64,000 bases of DNA. Origin: the human T2T-CHM13v2.0 reference genome, Homo sapiens. The translations under genes and the position numbers were made by a program. The stretch lies in NCBI RefSeq assembly GCF_009914755.1, contig NC_060928.1. One strand, 5' to 3'. The number at the start of each line of letters is the position of its first letter. The first letter of the stretch is position 1. The notes beneath the pieces were generated by a model, which was given only the letters and a program-made list of their open reading frames with translations, ran no database searches and was not told where the DNA came from. Shown piece after piece: positions 40,896 through 53,597 of this stretch.

Positions 40896-40950
40896 TATTT
40901 TAAAGACGTAACGATATTATTTAAGGATTCCTCCAAACTTCAGCATGGAG

Positions 40951-41861
40951 TGCTGTGGTTTAAATTTTTGTATCCCCTTGAAAATCCATGTTGAAACCGA
41001 ATCCCAAATACACTAATATTAACAGGTAGAGCCTTCTGGCAGTGATTAGGCCATGAAAGTTGCATCCTTATGGATGGGATTAGAGCCTTAAAAAGGAGGG
41101 GACTGGCTAGGCTCTTCTGCCCTTCCACCTTCCACCATGTGAGGACACAGTGTTTGTCGTCCCCTATGGAGGACATAGCAACAAGACACCTTTTGGACTT
41201 GGACTTTTGGGTTAATGCTGAAATGAGTTAAGATTTTAGGGTACTGTTGGGAAGGCATAATTGTGTTTTAAAACGTGAGAAAGATGAGATTTGGGAGGGA
41301 CCAAGTGTGGAATGATGTGGTCTAGTTCTGAGGCCCCATCCAAATATCTTGAATTGTAATCTGATTTCTAATTCCCACATGTTGTAGGTGGGACTTCATG
41401 GGAGGTGATTTGATCATGGGGGTGGTTCTCCCATGTTGTTCTCCTGATAATGAGTGAGTTCTCATGAGATCTGATGGATTTATAAGAGATTCTGTACTCC
41501 TTCGCTCTGCATTTCTCTTGCCTGCCACCATGTAAGCCATGCCTTTGCTTCTCCTTCACCTTCTACTATGATTGCGAGTTTCCTAAGGTCTCCCCAGCCA
41601 TTTGGAACTGTGAGTCAATTAAACCTCTTTTCCTTATAAATTAGACAGTCTCGGGTATTTCTTTAGAGCAGTGTGAAAATGGACTAATACAACAGCATTT
41701 TGGCAGCGGAGACTGGGCCCTCACCAGACACCAAACCATCTGGCCCTGCAATCTTAGACTTCTCAGCTTCCATAACTGTGAACAATAAATTTATTCTGTT
41801 TGTAAATTACCCAGCCACAGTCTCAGTTATTTTGCTATAGCATTATGAATAGATTAATACA
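40951..41861 (+). mobile_element. MSTD-like MaLR solo LTR in two pieces (40951-41190, 41697-41861)
   Basis: TGCTGTGGTTT start; CCACCATGTGAGGACACAG; GGGCCCTCACCAGACACCAAACC; ends TAATACA; TSD TGGAG/TTGAG. Confidence 0.85.
41191..41691 (+). mobile_element. 5'-truncated THE1 (D-like): last ~120 bp of the internal region plus 3' LTR (41313-41691)
   Basis: 41191-41312 matches the 3' internal end of the full THE1 at ~53105-53236 (GTTAATGCTGAAATGAGTTAAGA...CTGTTGGGAAGGCAT). The LTR ends GGACTAATACA. Confidence 0.9.
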
Positions 41862-42606
41862 TTGAGCATAGAGAATATATATTTCATCTGGGGAATCTCT
41901 GAGGCTGAAAATGTTATCATGAAAGAGATTGTACCTCAGCTGGAGCTGAAGCCTGATTCGGTCCCTTTACTCACCGTTTACAGAGAACACCAAGAATAAA
42001 ATCATGAACTGTGGCATGGAGAAAAATAATCATGCAAACATTTTCAGAAGTTATCAAGTAGTAAATTGTCTCCTGCAGAAGACTGGAGGAAATTGGTAAA
42101 AGGTAAATGTTTAAAAAGTTATGTTTGTTTATAAAAGTTAATAAATGCCATATTGAGAATTTTCAATTTACTCTAAGACCAGGCAAGCCATTTAGTGTTT
42201 CTGACCAGATCTCTTTTCCTAAAGGGATATATAGGAAGCCACAATTAATAACTGTTGAATAAGTTTGGGAGGGCAGCCAAGATGAACTGTAATGTTGAAT
42301 AAAAACGGCTGACTGACTCCGACTAACCTCTTGAATGTATACATACTTATGTATGTCGGGATGAACTGTGCTAAGTTCCATTGACTTATGAGGAGTATAT
42401 TGAAATGAATGAATGATTGATGTTGAAACAACGGAGTTTAGGGTTTATTAAAGTGATGAAGCAGAGTCATTCATTATACAAATGTCAGACAATTTATGCA
42501 CGTATCTAACTTCATATAGTTGTTTTATTTTTCTTCTTGCTATATTTTTCTTTATAAAAGTCCATAATTTACCCTCATGAAGCCAATTTAGAATTGAGAT
42601 TTTGGC

Positions 42607-42926
42607 TTTTATTTTATTTATTTATTTATTTTTATTTTGTTTTTTGAGACAGATTCTCACTCTTTCTCCCAGGGTGCAGTGTAGTGATGCAATCACAGCT
42701 CACTGCAGTCTTGAACTTCTGGCCTCAAGGGATCTCTCACCTCAGCCTCCCAAGTAGCTGGGACCACAAATGCATGTCACAACATCTTGCTAATTTTTGA
42801 ATTATTTGTAGAGATGGGGTCTCCCTACATTGCCCAGGCTGGTCTCAAACTCCTAAGCTCAATCAATCCTCTCATTTTGGCCTCTCAAAGTGCTAGGATT
42901 ACAGGTGTGAGCCATCACACCAGGCC
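42607..42926 (-). mobile_element. AluJ SINE
   Basis: Dimeric diverged Alu; TSD GCTTTTATTTT / GCTTTTACTTT. Confidence 0.95.
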
Positions 42927-43499
42927 GCTTTTACTTTCACTGTATCAAAGGCTCCAGACCTTAGCTCAGGTCCCATATTTTATTCTCAGTATTCAGGAAT
43001 CTGGGAACTTTACTAATCGTGCTACAGAAATATAGCGAGAACTCCAATGAATGCGTACTTGACATTCTATCACCCTTTCCATGGGACTTATCAATTCCTA
43101 TCTGAATCCTGTTAACTCTTTCATAGCATTCATTTCTTGTATCACACTGCACTTCTCAAAGCATCTTTCACATATCTTAAAGTTTTCAGTTGGGTTTTTT
43201 GAGGAAGTAACACTGTCTCAACTAATCCTGAATGTTAATTACATGGGGAAAACCATTCTACTACCCGTAAAAATCATTAATAGTCAATGTATTGCATATG
43301 TTAATATTAAATCCTTACTTTGCTTGAAATTGCTTCTGCCTCTTTAAAAAGTAGCAGTTTTCTGCTCAATTTTGCTGTGAACCTAAAACTTCTCAAAAAA
43401 ATAAAGTCTATTGAATAGGCAGCCAATTCTGTTTAAATAAAATAACCTTAAAATAATTGATAGCAATGATAGCAATATCACTATGATTGATATTATTAT

Positions 43500-46400
43500 T
43501 TAAATCTTAAATTATATCCTTAATATACTTATTTTATTCATAAAATATTATTTTTGTGTAATATATCTGTGTGTTGAATTTGCTAATATTTTTGTAAGTA
43601 TTTTCACATCGAGGCTTATAAGGTGATTGTCAATAAGTTTTTTTCTTCTAATATCTGAGACATGTTTTAGAATAAGGGATATGTTATCTTCAGAAAATTA
43701 TTTAGGAGTTGTTTTCTCCTCCTCTATTTTCCTGAAAGAGTATGTACGAACTTGACTCTGTTTCTTCTTAATCATTACATATAATCTGGAGCTTTGTTTG
43801 TTACAAATACTTAATAACAAAGTAAATTTTTGTGTCAATTTCAGTAGGTTGAATTTTTTAAAGATAATTTTTAATTTATCTTAAATGTGAAAGTTACTAG
43901 TATAAAGTTGTACATATTTTATTACTTTGATATATAGAGGTTCTATTTTGTTTTTTTAATTTCTGATATTAGAAATTTATCTCTTTTTTGTTTATAGATC
44001 CATTTTGTTATGTGTTTTTAAGTTTATTAATACTTTTAAAGAAGCACCTTTGAGTTTTGTAAATTTTTTGATTATTTTTCTAATGCAATTGATTTTTGCT
44101 CTTTATTATTCATTTTAATTTACTTCCTTTGTTTTACTTTTTTTTCCAGCTTTCTAAAAAACAAATCTAGATCAATATTTTAAAACATTGTTTTGGATAT
44201 AAACACTTGAAACTAAAAATTTTCCTGTGAGTACTGCTTTCGTTGTATGGTTTAATTTCTCAACATTTGGCAATTTTGTAGATATAACATTGTTACCCAT
44301 TTTGATTTAAGTCTAAAGTCACCATAAAATATCTTTTTTAAAAAATATTTTAGTCTTTTTGTATTTATTAAGACTATTTTTTATGGTCCAGTATATTATC
44401 TATCTAGGTAAAAATCTTATGTGCCTTTGATAAAATGTGTATTCTATAATTGCTGAGCATAACATTGTGTAAATATTATGTCAAGGTAGTTGATTTTTCT
44501 GTTTAGATATTCTACATTCTTATTAATTTCTTTGGTCTATTGTACCAAATATTGAGAGAGTTTTGCTAAAATTTCAACTATGATTGTTTATTTGCCTATT
44601 TCTCCTTCCGTTTTGTCATGATTTACGAAAATCTACTACTTGCATACACACTTATAAATATTTAATCTACTGATTAGTTGATCCTATTAACATATGCTAT
44701 TTCCCACTTTATTTCCGGTAACAGTTTTTGCATCAAAGTATACATAGTCTGGTAGTAATGTAGTCACTAGAGCTTATGTATAATTAGTGTTTTCATGGAA
44801 TATCCTTTTCCTTTGTTTCTGTGTCTTTGCGTTGGAAGTGTTTCTGTAATAGACAACATATGGTTGGACTTCCTTTCTTTCCTTTTCTTTCCTTCCCTCC
44901 TTCCTCCCTCCCTCCCTTCCATCTTTCCTTCCCTCCTTCTTTTTAAAATCCAGGCTGGTATTCTCTGCTTTTTAATTGGAATGTTTAGTCTGTTTAGTCT
45001 AATTAATAGAATTATTGATATAGTTGAATTTTTATCTTCCATTTACTATTTGCTTTTCTTTGTTCTATTTTTGCTCCTCCATTCCTCATTTCCCACATTT
45101 TGTTGGTTTAATTAATTTTTAGTGATTGAGTCTTGGCATTTCAATATGCATATTTAACTAATCATGATGTACTTAGAGAGAATAATGTGAGACTTTATAT
45201 AGAATATATGAACCTTGTAACTGCATCATTCAGATGACCTCCTCTGTATTATGTTATTTGTATAAGCTCTGCAATTTGTGTAATGATTTTAGCTTTAAGC
45301 AGTCATATATCTTTTACAAAATTAGAAATAGCTATCTTCTGCACATATTTACTCTTTCCTGTGCTCTTTATTGATAACTAGAGATCTGAGTTTGCATCTG
45401 AAGCTACTTCACTTTAGCCCAGTGAACACACTTTGGTCATTCTTTGTAATGTAAATCTTCTGGAAAATAATTCTCTGTTTTCTTTCATCTAAGCATGCAT
45501 TTATTCCCACTTCACCTAAAGACCAGAATTGCTAACTATAGATTTCATGGATTGATACTTTTATATTATTTTAACAATTTAAGGATTTTGCTCCATTTCT
45601 TTCTAGCCTCCAATTGCTTTTCTTATGAGAGATCAGCCTCACACATTGTTTCCCTATATGAAACCTGCCAGTTTTCTCTGGCTACTTTCTTGTCTTTGCA
45701 TTTTATCACTGTTGGTATGAAATTTTAGGTTCGGTTTTCTTTCTTTTATTTTGTTTAGCAGTCACTTTGCTTCTTCAAACTTAGCTAGAAATTATACAAC
45801 ATATTTGGAAAAATTTCTACTATTATTTTTTCAAATACATTTTCTATTTACTTTTTCTCTCTTCATCTTCCAGGTTTTTAGTCATATAGATTGTGGACCA
45901 CCTAATTTTTGTCCTTTGGTCACAAATCTCTGTGGATCAGATTGTATAATTTCTATTGATATCTCTTCAACTTCATTGACCTACTCTTTTGTATTCTTAA
46001 ATACTGCTGTTAAGCTTATTTGGTCATGTTTTCCTTTCACTGATTGTACTTTTCCATTCTAGAATGTCCATTTGTTTTTATTTTTATTATCGATAGTTGC
46101 CTGATGAAAGTCCTTATTTTAATTGTTTATTACCATATTTTTTTCATGTTTGTGAACATATTTAAAATGGCACCTCTGATTTTTCCAACATCTGGATCAT
46201 CTGGGGATCTGTATCTAATGACTTTTTTGGTATGAGTTATGTTTTCTTTGGCATTTCAATATGCATATTTAATCATGATGTACTTAGAGAGAAAAATGTG
46301 AGACTTTATATAGAATTAAACACTTGAATATACTTGATTTTTTGTCTTACAATAAGTATTTTGAAGAGTATTGTTTTAGATGCCCTGCATTTAACTGTTT

Positions 46401-46950
46401 TGCTTTGAGGAGGATTGATCTTTGTTCTAGGAGGCTACTAATTTGTCTGAGACTCTGACTCTTAACTCTCCTTTCTCTCTAGAGCAGTATACACTAGAAA
46501 TCTCCACTTAGTTGTTTTAGATTCTAGATGCTGTTATCAATATATGCTCTGGAGTTTCCTTCCCAGAGGCATAATTCAATAATCAACTGACGATCTGAGC
46601 AAAGCTTACAAACAAATGTTAGAACTCCACATCTATGTTTCTCATTTGTCTGGATTTCTTCTCATTTCAGTTTTATTTTTCTTTTAAAAAAGTTACTGTA
46701 CTAACCCTGAACTTTGTATTTGGACACACCGAGCAATTAAGACTACTTAATTTAATATGCTATACCTAAGATTTTGAGGTCTACCCTCAGGCAAAATAGT
46801 GACAAGCAATTAGACCCAGTCTACTTCCTTTATTTCAAGGGTTTGATTTTCTAAAGTGCTGTGCACTTTTATTGAGCCTGACTGCCATAAAAATACTGAT
46901 TTTTAAGTATTTAGTAAAAATTATTTTATAATTGTTCCATGTGTGAGGTG
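43500..46950 (-). mobile_element. Ancient L1M (5' region, ORF1, ORF2 endonuclease) with a purine/pyrimidine simple repeat at ~44870-44940
   Basis: ORF 44767-45042 reads MEDKNSTISIILL...LNIPIKKQRIPAWI...ETLP, matching the L1 ORF2 endonuclease N-terminus. Long T-rich antisense composition. Confidence 0.8.
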
Positions 46951-49900
46951 TGATCAGGATATTTCATATCACCAGAGTATTTTTTATTACTTTAAATTAA
47001 AATATTTCCTAACTATAAAGGTGTAATGATAAATAATAAATATTTGTCAATGCTTGTATATTAATCGTCTGGAACATACATGTGTCAACATGACATATTC
47101 AAAGACCCCTTTTTAAAAAAATGCATAGAAGTGCAGGGATTTCATGTAAAACTTGTGTGGAAATGATGAGATAGAGAGAAAAGAGTCTTTAAGAAGACAG
47201 GAATATTTAAAAAGAAATTTTGAATAATAGAAAACTTATGAATCAATTAACTAAAAGTATTTCCTACTCCTATATGTGATCACAGGAAAACTATCTGAGT
47301 TAACACTGTTAGTCCTTTCTGATATCAAGAAGCAGAGATCAATCATAAATCCCCCAAATAATACAGGTAACAGGTCTTAAGAATGTTATCTCTGATTGTC
47401 CTCAAATCTCTTATTAGAGACCAAGCTTGTTTTTAACATTTTTCTCCTGATGAACAATCATAAGGACTCAAGCATTTCCAGGGCAATAATCAATCAAATC
47501 AGTGCTCAATCCAGTTTCATCCACTGGTTGAGAATTCATGAAACTCAAACAATTGTAAAGTGCTGTGTAAAAGTCCCCTGGTTTTCAAGCTAAAGGTTAG
47601 GAAAGAAAAGGAAAAGAAATATAGTCTTTCTTGATTCTACTGAATCAAAGCAGTAAAAATGCTTCTGCTTTGGTCTAGAGTCTAGTGTATACAAAGTGGC
47701 CCACAGAGTGGGAGATCATGAGGACTCAGACTAACTGAAGCAATTCTGAAACATCAGAGCCAAGGGTAAAGACATTGACATCTATCAAAAAACCGCTATT
47801 GAAGAAGGCTATTCAAAATTCAATATGAATAGGTATCAAGGGAAAACGGAACTTTTAACCTAAGCTTACATGCTGGACAGTCAGATGAAAATATCAGCAG
47901 TTTTTCTGGTTTCTCTGGACTAAATAGGAGAAAAAGTATGTTTAATCATCTGAGACTTATAGAAATCGGGTTTTATATGTCTTGTTAAAATAATTTGACT
48001 AAAAACAGTTTCTTAACATCACTTTTTCCTTCATCAAAGTCAAAAATGACTTTAATTTAACATTATTAAGAATACCTAAAAACAGGATATAGCAATATAG
48101 TTTCAAAAGAAACTGTTTGACTAAAAACATATATTAAGTTAATGGGCTCATCAATCATACTTTGCCACAGAACAGTCTTATAATTTTTTCAATAGTGTAA
48201 AATGTTGGTTTTGTCAGCACTTTTGATGTAATATAAATTCTATAAAAATGCTGCCCACAAATATAATCAACTGCATCCCAAGTGATGTCAGATATTTATA
48301 ATTTTCCTTGATGCAGTCTGCAAATGTTTTCAATTGGGTAGCCATATTAAGTACATTTACTTTCCGGCAGAATGCAGTTTTGACTAGGCAATCATGTTTA
48401 TCAAGCAGATTCATTGTATATTACTTGTACCTTAAAGAAACATTTTCTGTATTCAGCAAACTCAGCACTCTGATAGCAATGCTTGTTTGTGACACCTGGT
48501 TAAAAAGGACTGTCAGTGAAGGAAGATGGAGTGTTTTTTTTTCTCTTTTTGCAGCGCCAACTACACAACAAAAAAATTACAGGCATGTTGATATTATGTA
48601 TCATTTTTAATGCTTCTTAATTCTGCTCTTAAAATTCTACTCTTTGGAGTAGAATATGTATCCCAACAAAACGCTATTAAATTTTTTAAAATAAGTGCTT
48701 CTGTTTCCAATCTGATATTAATATGCCAAAGTGATTGTTTAAATAAAAAATCAATTTGTTTTTTTCATTAGGTGAAATTATGTCATATAAAAATAAATTA
48801 GAGGGGATATACACAAATTGTTCAACTTTGTTATATTAGAAAGAAAAATCATATGTACAAGTGAAGTTAGAAGTCAAATGTGAAAAGTAATGGTAAGGGA
48901 GTTCTTTTGGTATTTATCTGGCTTTCCTGTTTTTTCTTAGAGAGAGAAATGGTCTGCCTCAATCTACTCCATCATACTCAAAAGTGAACATAGAACCAAG
49001 CAGCTCTTAAAGTGGTATGAAATAATAAACTCATTAGCCAGTGACTTCACAGGTCAGTTGGGGAGAGGAATTTCTAAAATGTAGAGTTGCTTATGCCTTC
49101 CCAGATCCATCTGGATGTCCTCCCAGATCTATCCAATATTACTTATAATAAGTTCTGACTGCGTGGTGAGCAACAGTGAGAAGTGGATCCTAGTTTCTTT
49201 AGCAAAGAGGCAAATTTACTCAAGACCATTTACTCAGAAATGGTGATTGGGCCAGCTTGCCTTCTGCCACCTAACACACAGATGGTAAGAAGAAAAGATG
49301 GACTTTTTTTTTTTTTTGCTTTTTATTTCTAAGTATACATAGACTAAATTAATAATAATTTTTACATGTATTTTATGTGTGTTTACATATGTGTATATAA
49401 ATGCATATATTTATTCATCATTGCAGTTTCTTTTTATCAGAGTTCAAAAGCCTTTATGTTTTCAGTTTTTACCTTTTTTAAGTAAAGGAAATTCCACATC
49501 CTCTGCTGACACTCATTTCAAACTCTAAAACACAATCCATGAAAAGTCGGCATGAGTCATAGTAACATTTCAGTCAGTTTTAAAACGACATCACAAATCA
49601 TAAAGTATAATTCTGTGTTACACTGTAAAAATTTCCTCTTCTGAAAATTGAGCGGAGAGAAAGAGGGAGGAAATAGACCAACAATGGTCTCTATCTTGAG
49701 TAATCAATGGCTTAAAATTGACATGTACTCAATCTATTTCATTCATGGGAACAAGTAAGCTGTTAAGTGTTCGGCCATCTTCAAGGGAGAATGAACTGAA
49801 ATTTTTGAATTTCTACTCTGAGTTAGGCACTCCATCTGAAAATTTGTACTTAGCATCTACTTTAATAAACTTGATACCAGTGCAGTAATTCTGTTCAACT

Positions 49901-50139
49901 AATGGAAGTAACAGTGATAGTAGTAATATGTATGTTTTCTGTAAGGTGGAAATAATATATAGAAGTAATGCTACTTTCATTCTACCTACAATTACAGTTC
50001 TTAATGTTTGCCTAAAGATAGAACTTACACCTTACTAAATGATATCTCTCAGCAGAAAATGACTTCTGAAACTACATATGGAAAGTAGTAAATTAAATTG
50101 TAATAGTTAATTCTAGGCTCTGTTATTTTAATGTAAATC

Positions 50140-50255
50140 CTGTCTCTCCCGGCCTCCCTCCCTCCCTTCCTTCTTTCCTTCCTTCCTTTTTCTTCCTTCC
50201 TTTTCCTTCCTTCCTCCCTTTTCCTTCCTCCCTTTTATCTTCTTTCTTTTATTTT
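50140..50255. repeat. (CTTC)n-like polypyrimidine low-complexity tract
   Basis: Seen directly. Confidence 0.9.
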
Positions 50256-50292
50256 GCCATTGCCTCTACATTATTGTATTAAGAATTGAGTA

Positions 50293-50478
50293 GGGTGGGC
50301 ATGGTGGCTTATACCTGTAATCCTAGCACTTTGGGAGGCCCAGGTGGGCAATTGCTGGAGCTCAGGAGGTGGAGGCTGCAGTGAGCCAAGATCACACCAC
50401 TCCACTCCAGCCTGGGTGACAAAGTGAGACCCTGTCTCAAAAAAAAAAAAAAAAAAAAAAAAAGAAAGGAAAAGAAAG
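50293..50478 (+). mobile_element. Alu monomer (FRAM-like or left/right-arm recombinant) with a long A tail
   Basis: Left-arm start CCTGTAATCCTAGCACTTTGGGAGG runs directly into right-arm GGAGGCTGCAGTGAGCC; AGAATTG on both flanks. Confidence 0.85.
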
Positions 50479-51306
50479 TAGAATTGGTTGAATAGCTAAG
50501 AAGGGGTTCAAATTTGATGTTGTTTTGTATTATATACTGAGTTTTAGACTGTTAGAAATGATTAAAGTGTTAATAGTTTATTTGCATAAATGGCATCATA
50601 GAATGGTCTTCATGTTTGGCTTCTAAAGAAAGATTACAAAAAAGGGTTATTATTAATAAAAATAATTCAGTACTTTATCAGTTTTCTCACAGGTCTCTCA
50701 TTATTAGTTGATATTTAAATAGATCACTTTCACAAGCTCTTTATCATTATCTTTGACAGTAGTCCTTTCAATTTTAAACTCATAGACACTGCCAGGTGCA
50801 TAATCTTCAATGGCTTTAAATGATGAAAAATTTTGCTTAACATCTCACATTATTAGCTTCATGAAATTCTTCATCTTTGCCAAGATATATACAAGTTCAC
50901 TTTGTAATCATTCTTCTTTATATTTGCATTTTACACTGAGATGTTTACAGCATTCAAGAACTACCAGGAGATTTCCAGGGATAACTGCCTGAACTTATGT
51001 ATACATGTCTCTGTTGGAAAGGGAAAAGTGAATATGTAAATAGGAAGTAATTTAATAGTTGATATTTCAGTACTAAATGCTTTTAAAATTGCAAAAATAT
51101 TGTATTATTTTTGCAACCTTGCAACTGCAGGGATTCAAAACTTAACTATTGTGATCATGAGGCCTCTCTATTGAAATAATTCATAATAAAAGTCCTGAAG
51201 TAGGAAGCAGGAACTCCAGGCTAGAGGGACGGACATGAGACAGAAGCAAATTAGACAAAACAAAGACTCCAGACTAAACCATCGCCATTTTTATTTTAAC
51301 CCAGGC

Positions 51307-53597
51307 TGATATGGTTTGTCTGCATCACCACCCACATCTCATCTTGAATTGTAATTCCCACAATTCTCATTTATCATGGAAGGAACCTAGTGGAGGTGAT
51401 TGAATTATGGGGGTGTGTCTTTCTCATGCTGTTCTCATGATACTGAATGAGTCTCACAAGATCTGATGGTTTCTAAAATGGGAGTTTCCCTGCACAAGCT
51501 CTCTCTTTTTGCCTGCTCCCCTCCATGTAACTCGTGACTTGTTCCTCTTTGCCTTACACCATGATTGCGAGGCCTCCCCAGCCACATGGAAATGTAAGTC
51601 CATTAAAACCTCTTTTTCTTCCCAGTTTCAGGTATGTCTTTATCAGCAGCATGAATGTGGACTAATACAATAAATTGGTACTGGGATTGGGGCGCTGCTG
51701 AAAAGACACCCAAAAATGTAAAAGTGACTTTGGACCTGGGTAACAGGCAGAGGGAGGAACAGTTTTTGGAGGGCTCAGAAGGAGATAGGAAAATGTGGGA
51801 AAGTTTGGAGCTTCCTAGAGACTTGTTGAATGGCCTTGGCCAAAATGCTGATAATGATATTCAACAATGAAATCCAGGCTGAGGTGGTCTCAGACGGAGA
51901 TGAGGAACTTGTTGGGAACTGGAGCAAGGGTGACTCTTGTTATGTTTTAGCAAAGAGACTGGCAGCATTTTGCCCCTGCCCTAGGATTGGTGGAATTTTG
52001 AACTTGACAGAGATGATTTAGGGTATCTGATGGAAGAAATTTTTAAGCAGCAAAGCATTCAAGACGTGACTTGGGTGCTTTCAAAGACATTCAGTTTTAA
52101 AAGGGAAACAGAGCATAAAAGTTTGGAAAATTTGCATCTTGACAAATGATAGAAAAGAAAAACCCATTTTCTGAGGAGAAATTCAAGCCATCTGCAGAAA
52201 TTTGCATAAGTAATGAGGAGCTAGATGTTAATCTCTAAGACAATGAAGAAAATGTCTTCAGAGCATGTAAGAAACCTTCACGACAGGCCCTCCCATCTCA
52301 GGCCCAGAGGCCCAGGAATGGGCTGGGCCCAGGGTCCCCATGCTGTGTGCGGCCTAGGGACTTGGTGCCCTGTGTCCCAGCTGCTCCAAGCCATGGTTGA
52401 AAGGGGCCAACATAGAGCTCAGACTATGGCTTCAGAGGGTGCAAGTCCCAAGCCTTGGCAACTTCTATGTGGTGTTGAGCCTTCAAGTGCACAGAAGTCA
52501 AGAATTGAGATCTGGGAACCTCTGCCTAGGATTTCAGAGGATGTATGTAAAACCCTAGATGCCCAGGCAGAAGTTTGCTGCAGGGGCAGGGCTCTCATGG
52601 AGAACTTCTGCAAGGCCAGTGCAGAAGGGAAATATGGGTCAGATCCCACACACAGAGCCCCTACCAGGGCACTGCCTAGTGGAGCTGTGAGAAGAGGGCC
52701 ACTGTCCTCCAGACCCCAGCATGGTAGACCCACCAACAGCTTGCACTATTCACTTGGAAAAACTGCAGACACACAATGCCATCCTGTGAAAGTACCTGGA
52801 AGGGAGGCTGTACCTTGCAAAGCCATAGGGGTGAAGCTGCCCAAGCCCATGGGAACCTACCTCTTGCATCACTGTGACCTGGATGTGAGACATGGAGTCA
52901 AAGGAGGTCACTTTAGAGCTTTAAGATTTTACTGCCCTGCTGAATTTCTGACTTGAATGGGCCCTGTAGCCCGTTAGTTTTGGCCAATTTCTCCCATTTG
53001 CAATAACTGTAATTTCCCAATGCCTGTACCCCCATCGTATTTAGGAAGTAACTAACTTGCTTTTGATTTTACAGGCTCATAGGAGAAAGAAACTTGCCTT
53101 GTCTTGGACTTTGGACTTTGGACAGTGGAATTTTGAGTTAATGCTGAAATGAGTTAAGACTTTGGAGGACTGTTGGGAAGGCATGATTGGTTTTGAAATG
53201 AGGGGACATGATATATGGGAGGGGCCAGGAATGGAATTATATGGTTTGGCTGTGCCACTACCCAAATCTCATCTTGTATTGTAACTCCCACAATTCCCAT
53301 GTGTCGTGGGAGGAACCTGGTGGAAGTTGATTGAACTATAGGTGTGGGTCTTTCCTGAGCTGTTCTAGTCAAAGTGAATGAGTCTCACTTGACCTGATGG
53401 TTTTAAAATTGGGCATTTCTCTGCACAAACTCTCTCTTTTTGCCTGCTGCCATTCATATAAGATGTGACCTGCTCCTCCTTGCCTTCCACCATGATTGTG
53501 AGGCCTCTCCAGCTATGTAAACTGTAACTCCACTAAAACTTCTTTTACTTCAGTGTCAGGTATGTCTTTATCACCAGCATGAAAAACGACTAATACA
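51307..53597 (+). mobile_element. Full-length THE1 (B-like) MaLR: 5' LTR 51307-51669, internal 51670-53236, 3' LTR 53237-53597
   Basis: Both LTRs run from (TG/TT)ATATGGTTTG to GACTAATACA. The internal region encodes MaLR ORF motifs ASEGASPKPWQL and SGAVRRGP; purine tract before the 3' LTR. Confidence 0.97.
51397..51407 (-). promoter_or_regulatory. DUX4 consensus motif in the THE1 5' LTR
   Basis: TGATTGAATTA is TAATTCAATCA on the minus strand, fitting TAAYYYAATCA. Motif match only; binding is not shown. Confidence 0.55.

Noticed and set aside
52225-52956. 243-aa ORF, the longest in the window
   Set aside because: It lies in the THE1 internal region. It matches the MaLR ORF only in parts and appears to leave and re-enter that frame after WEPLPR. 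Upstream parts are broken by stops, so there is no evidence of a domesticated gene.
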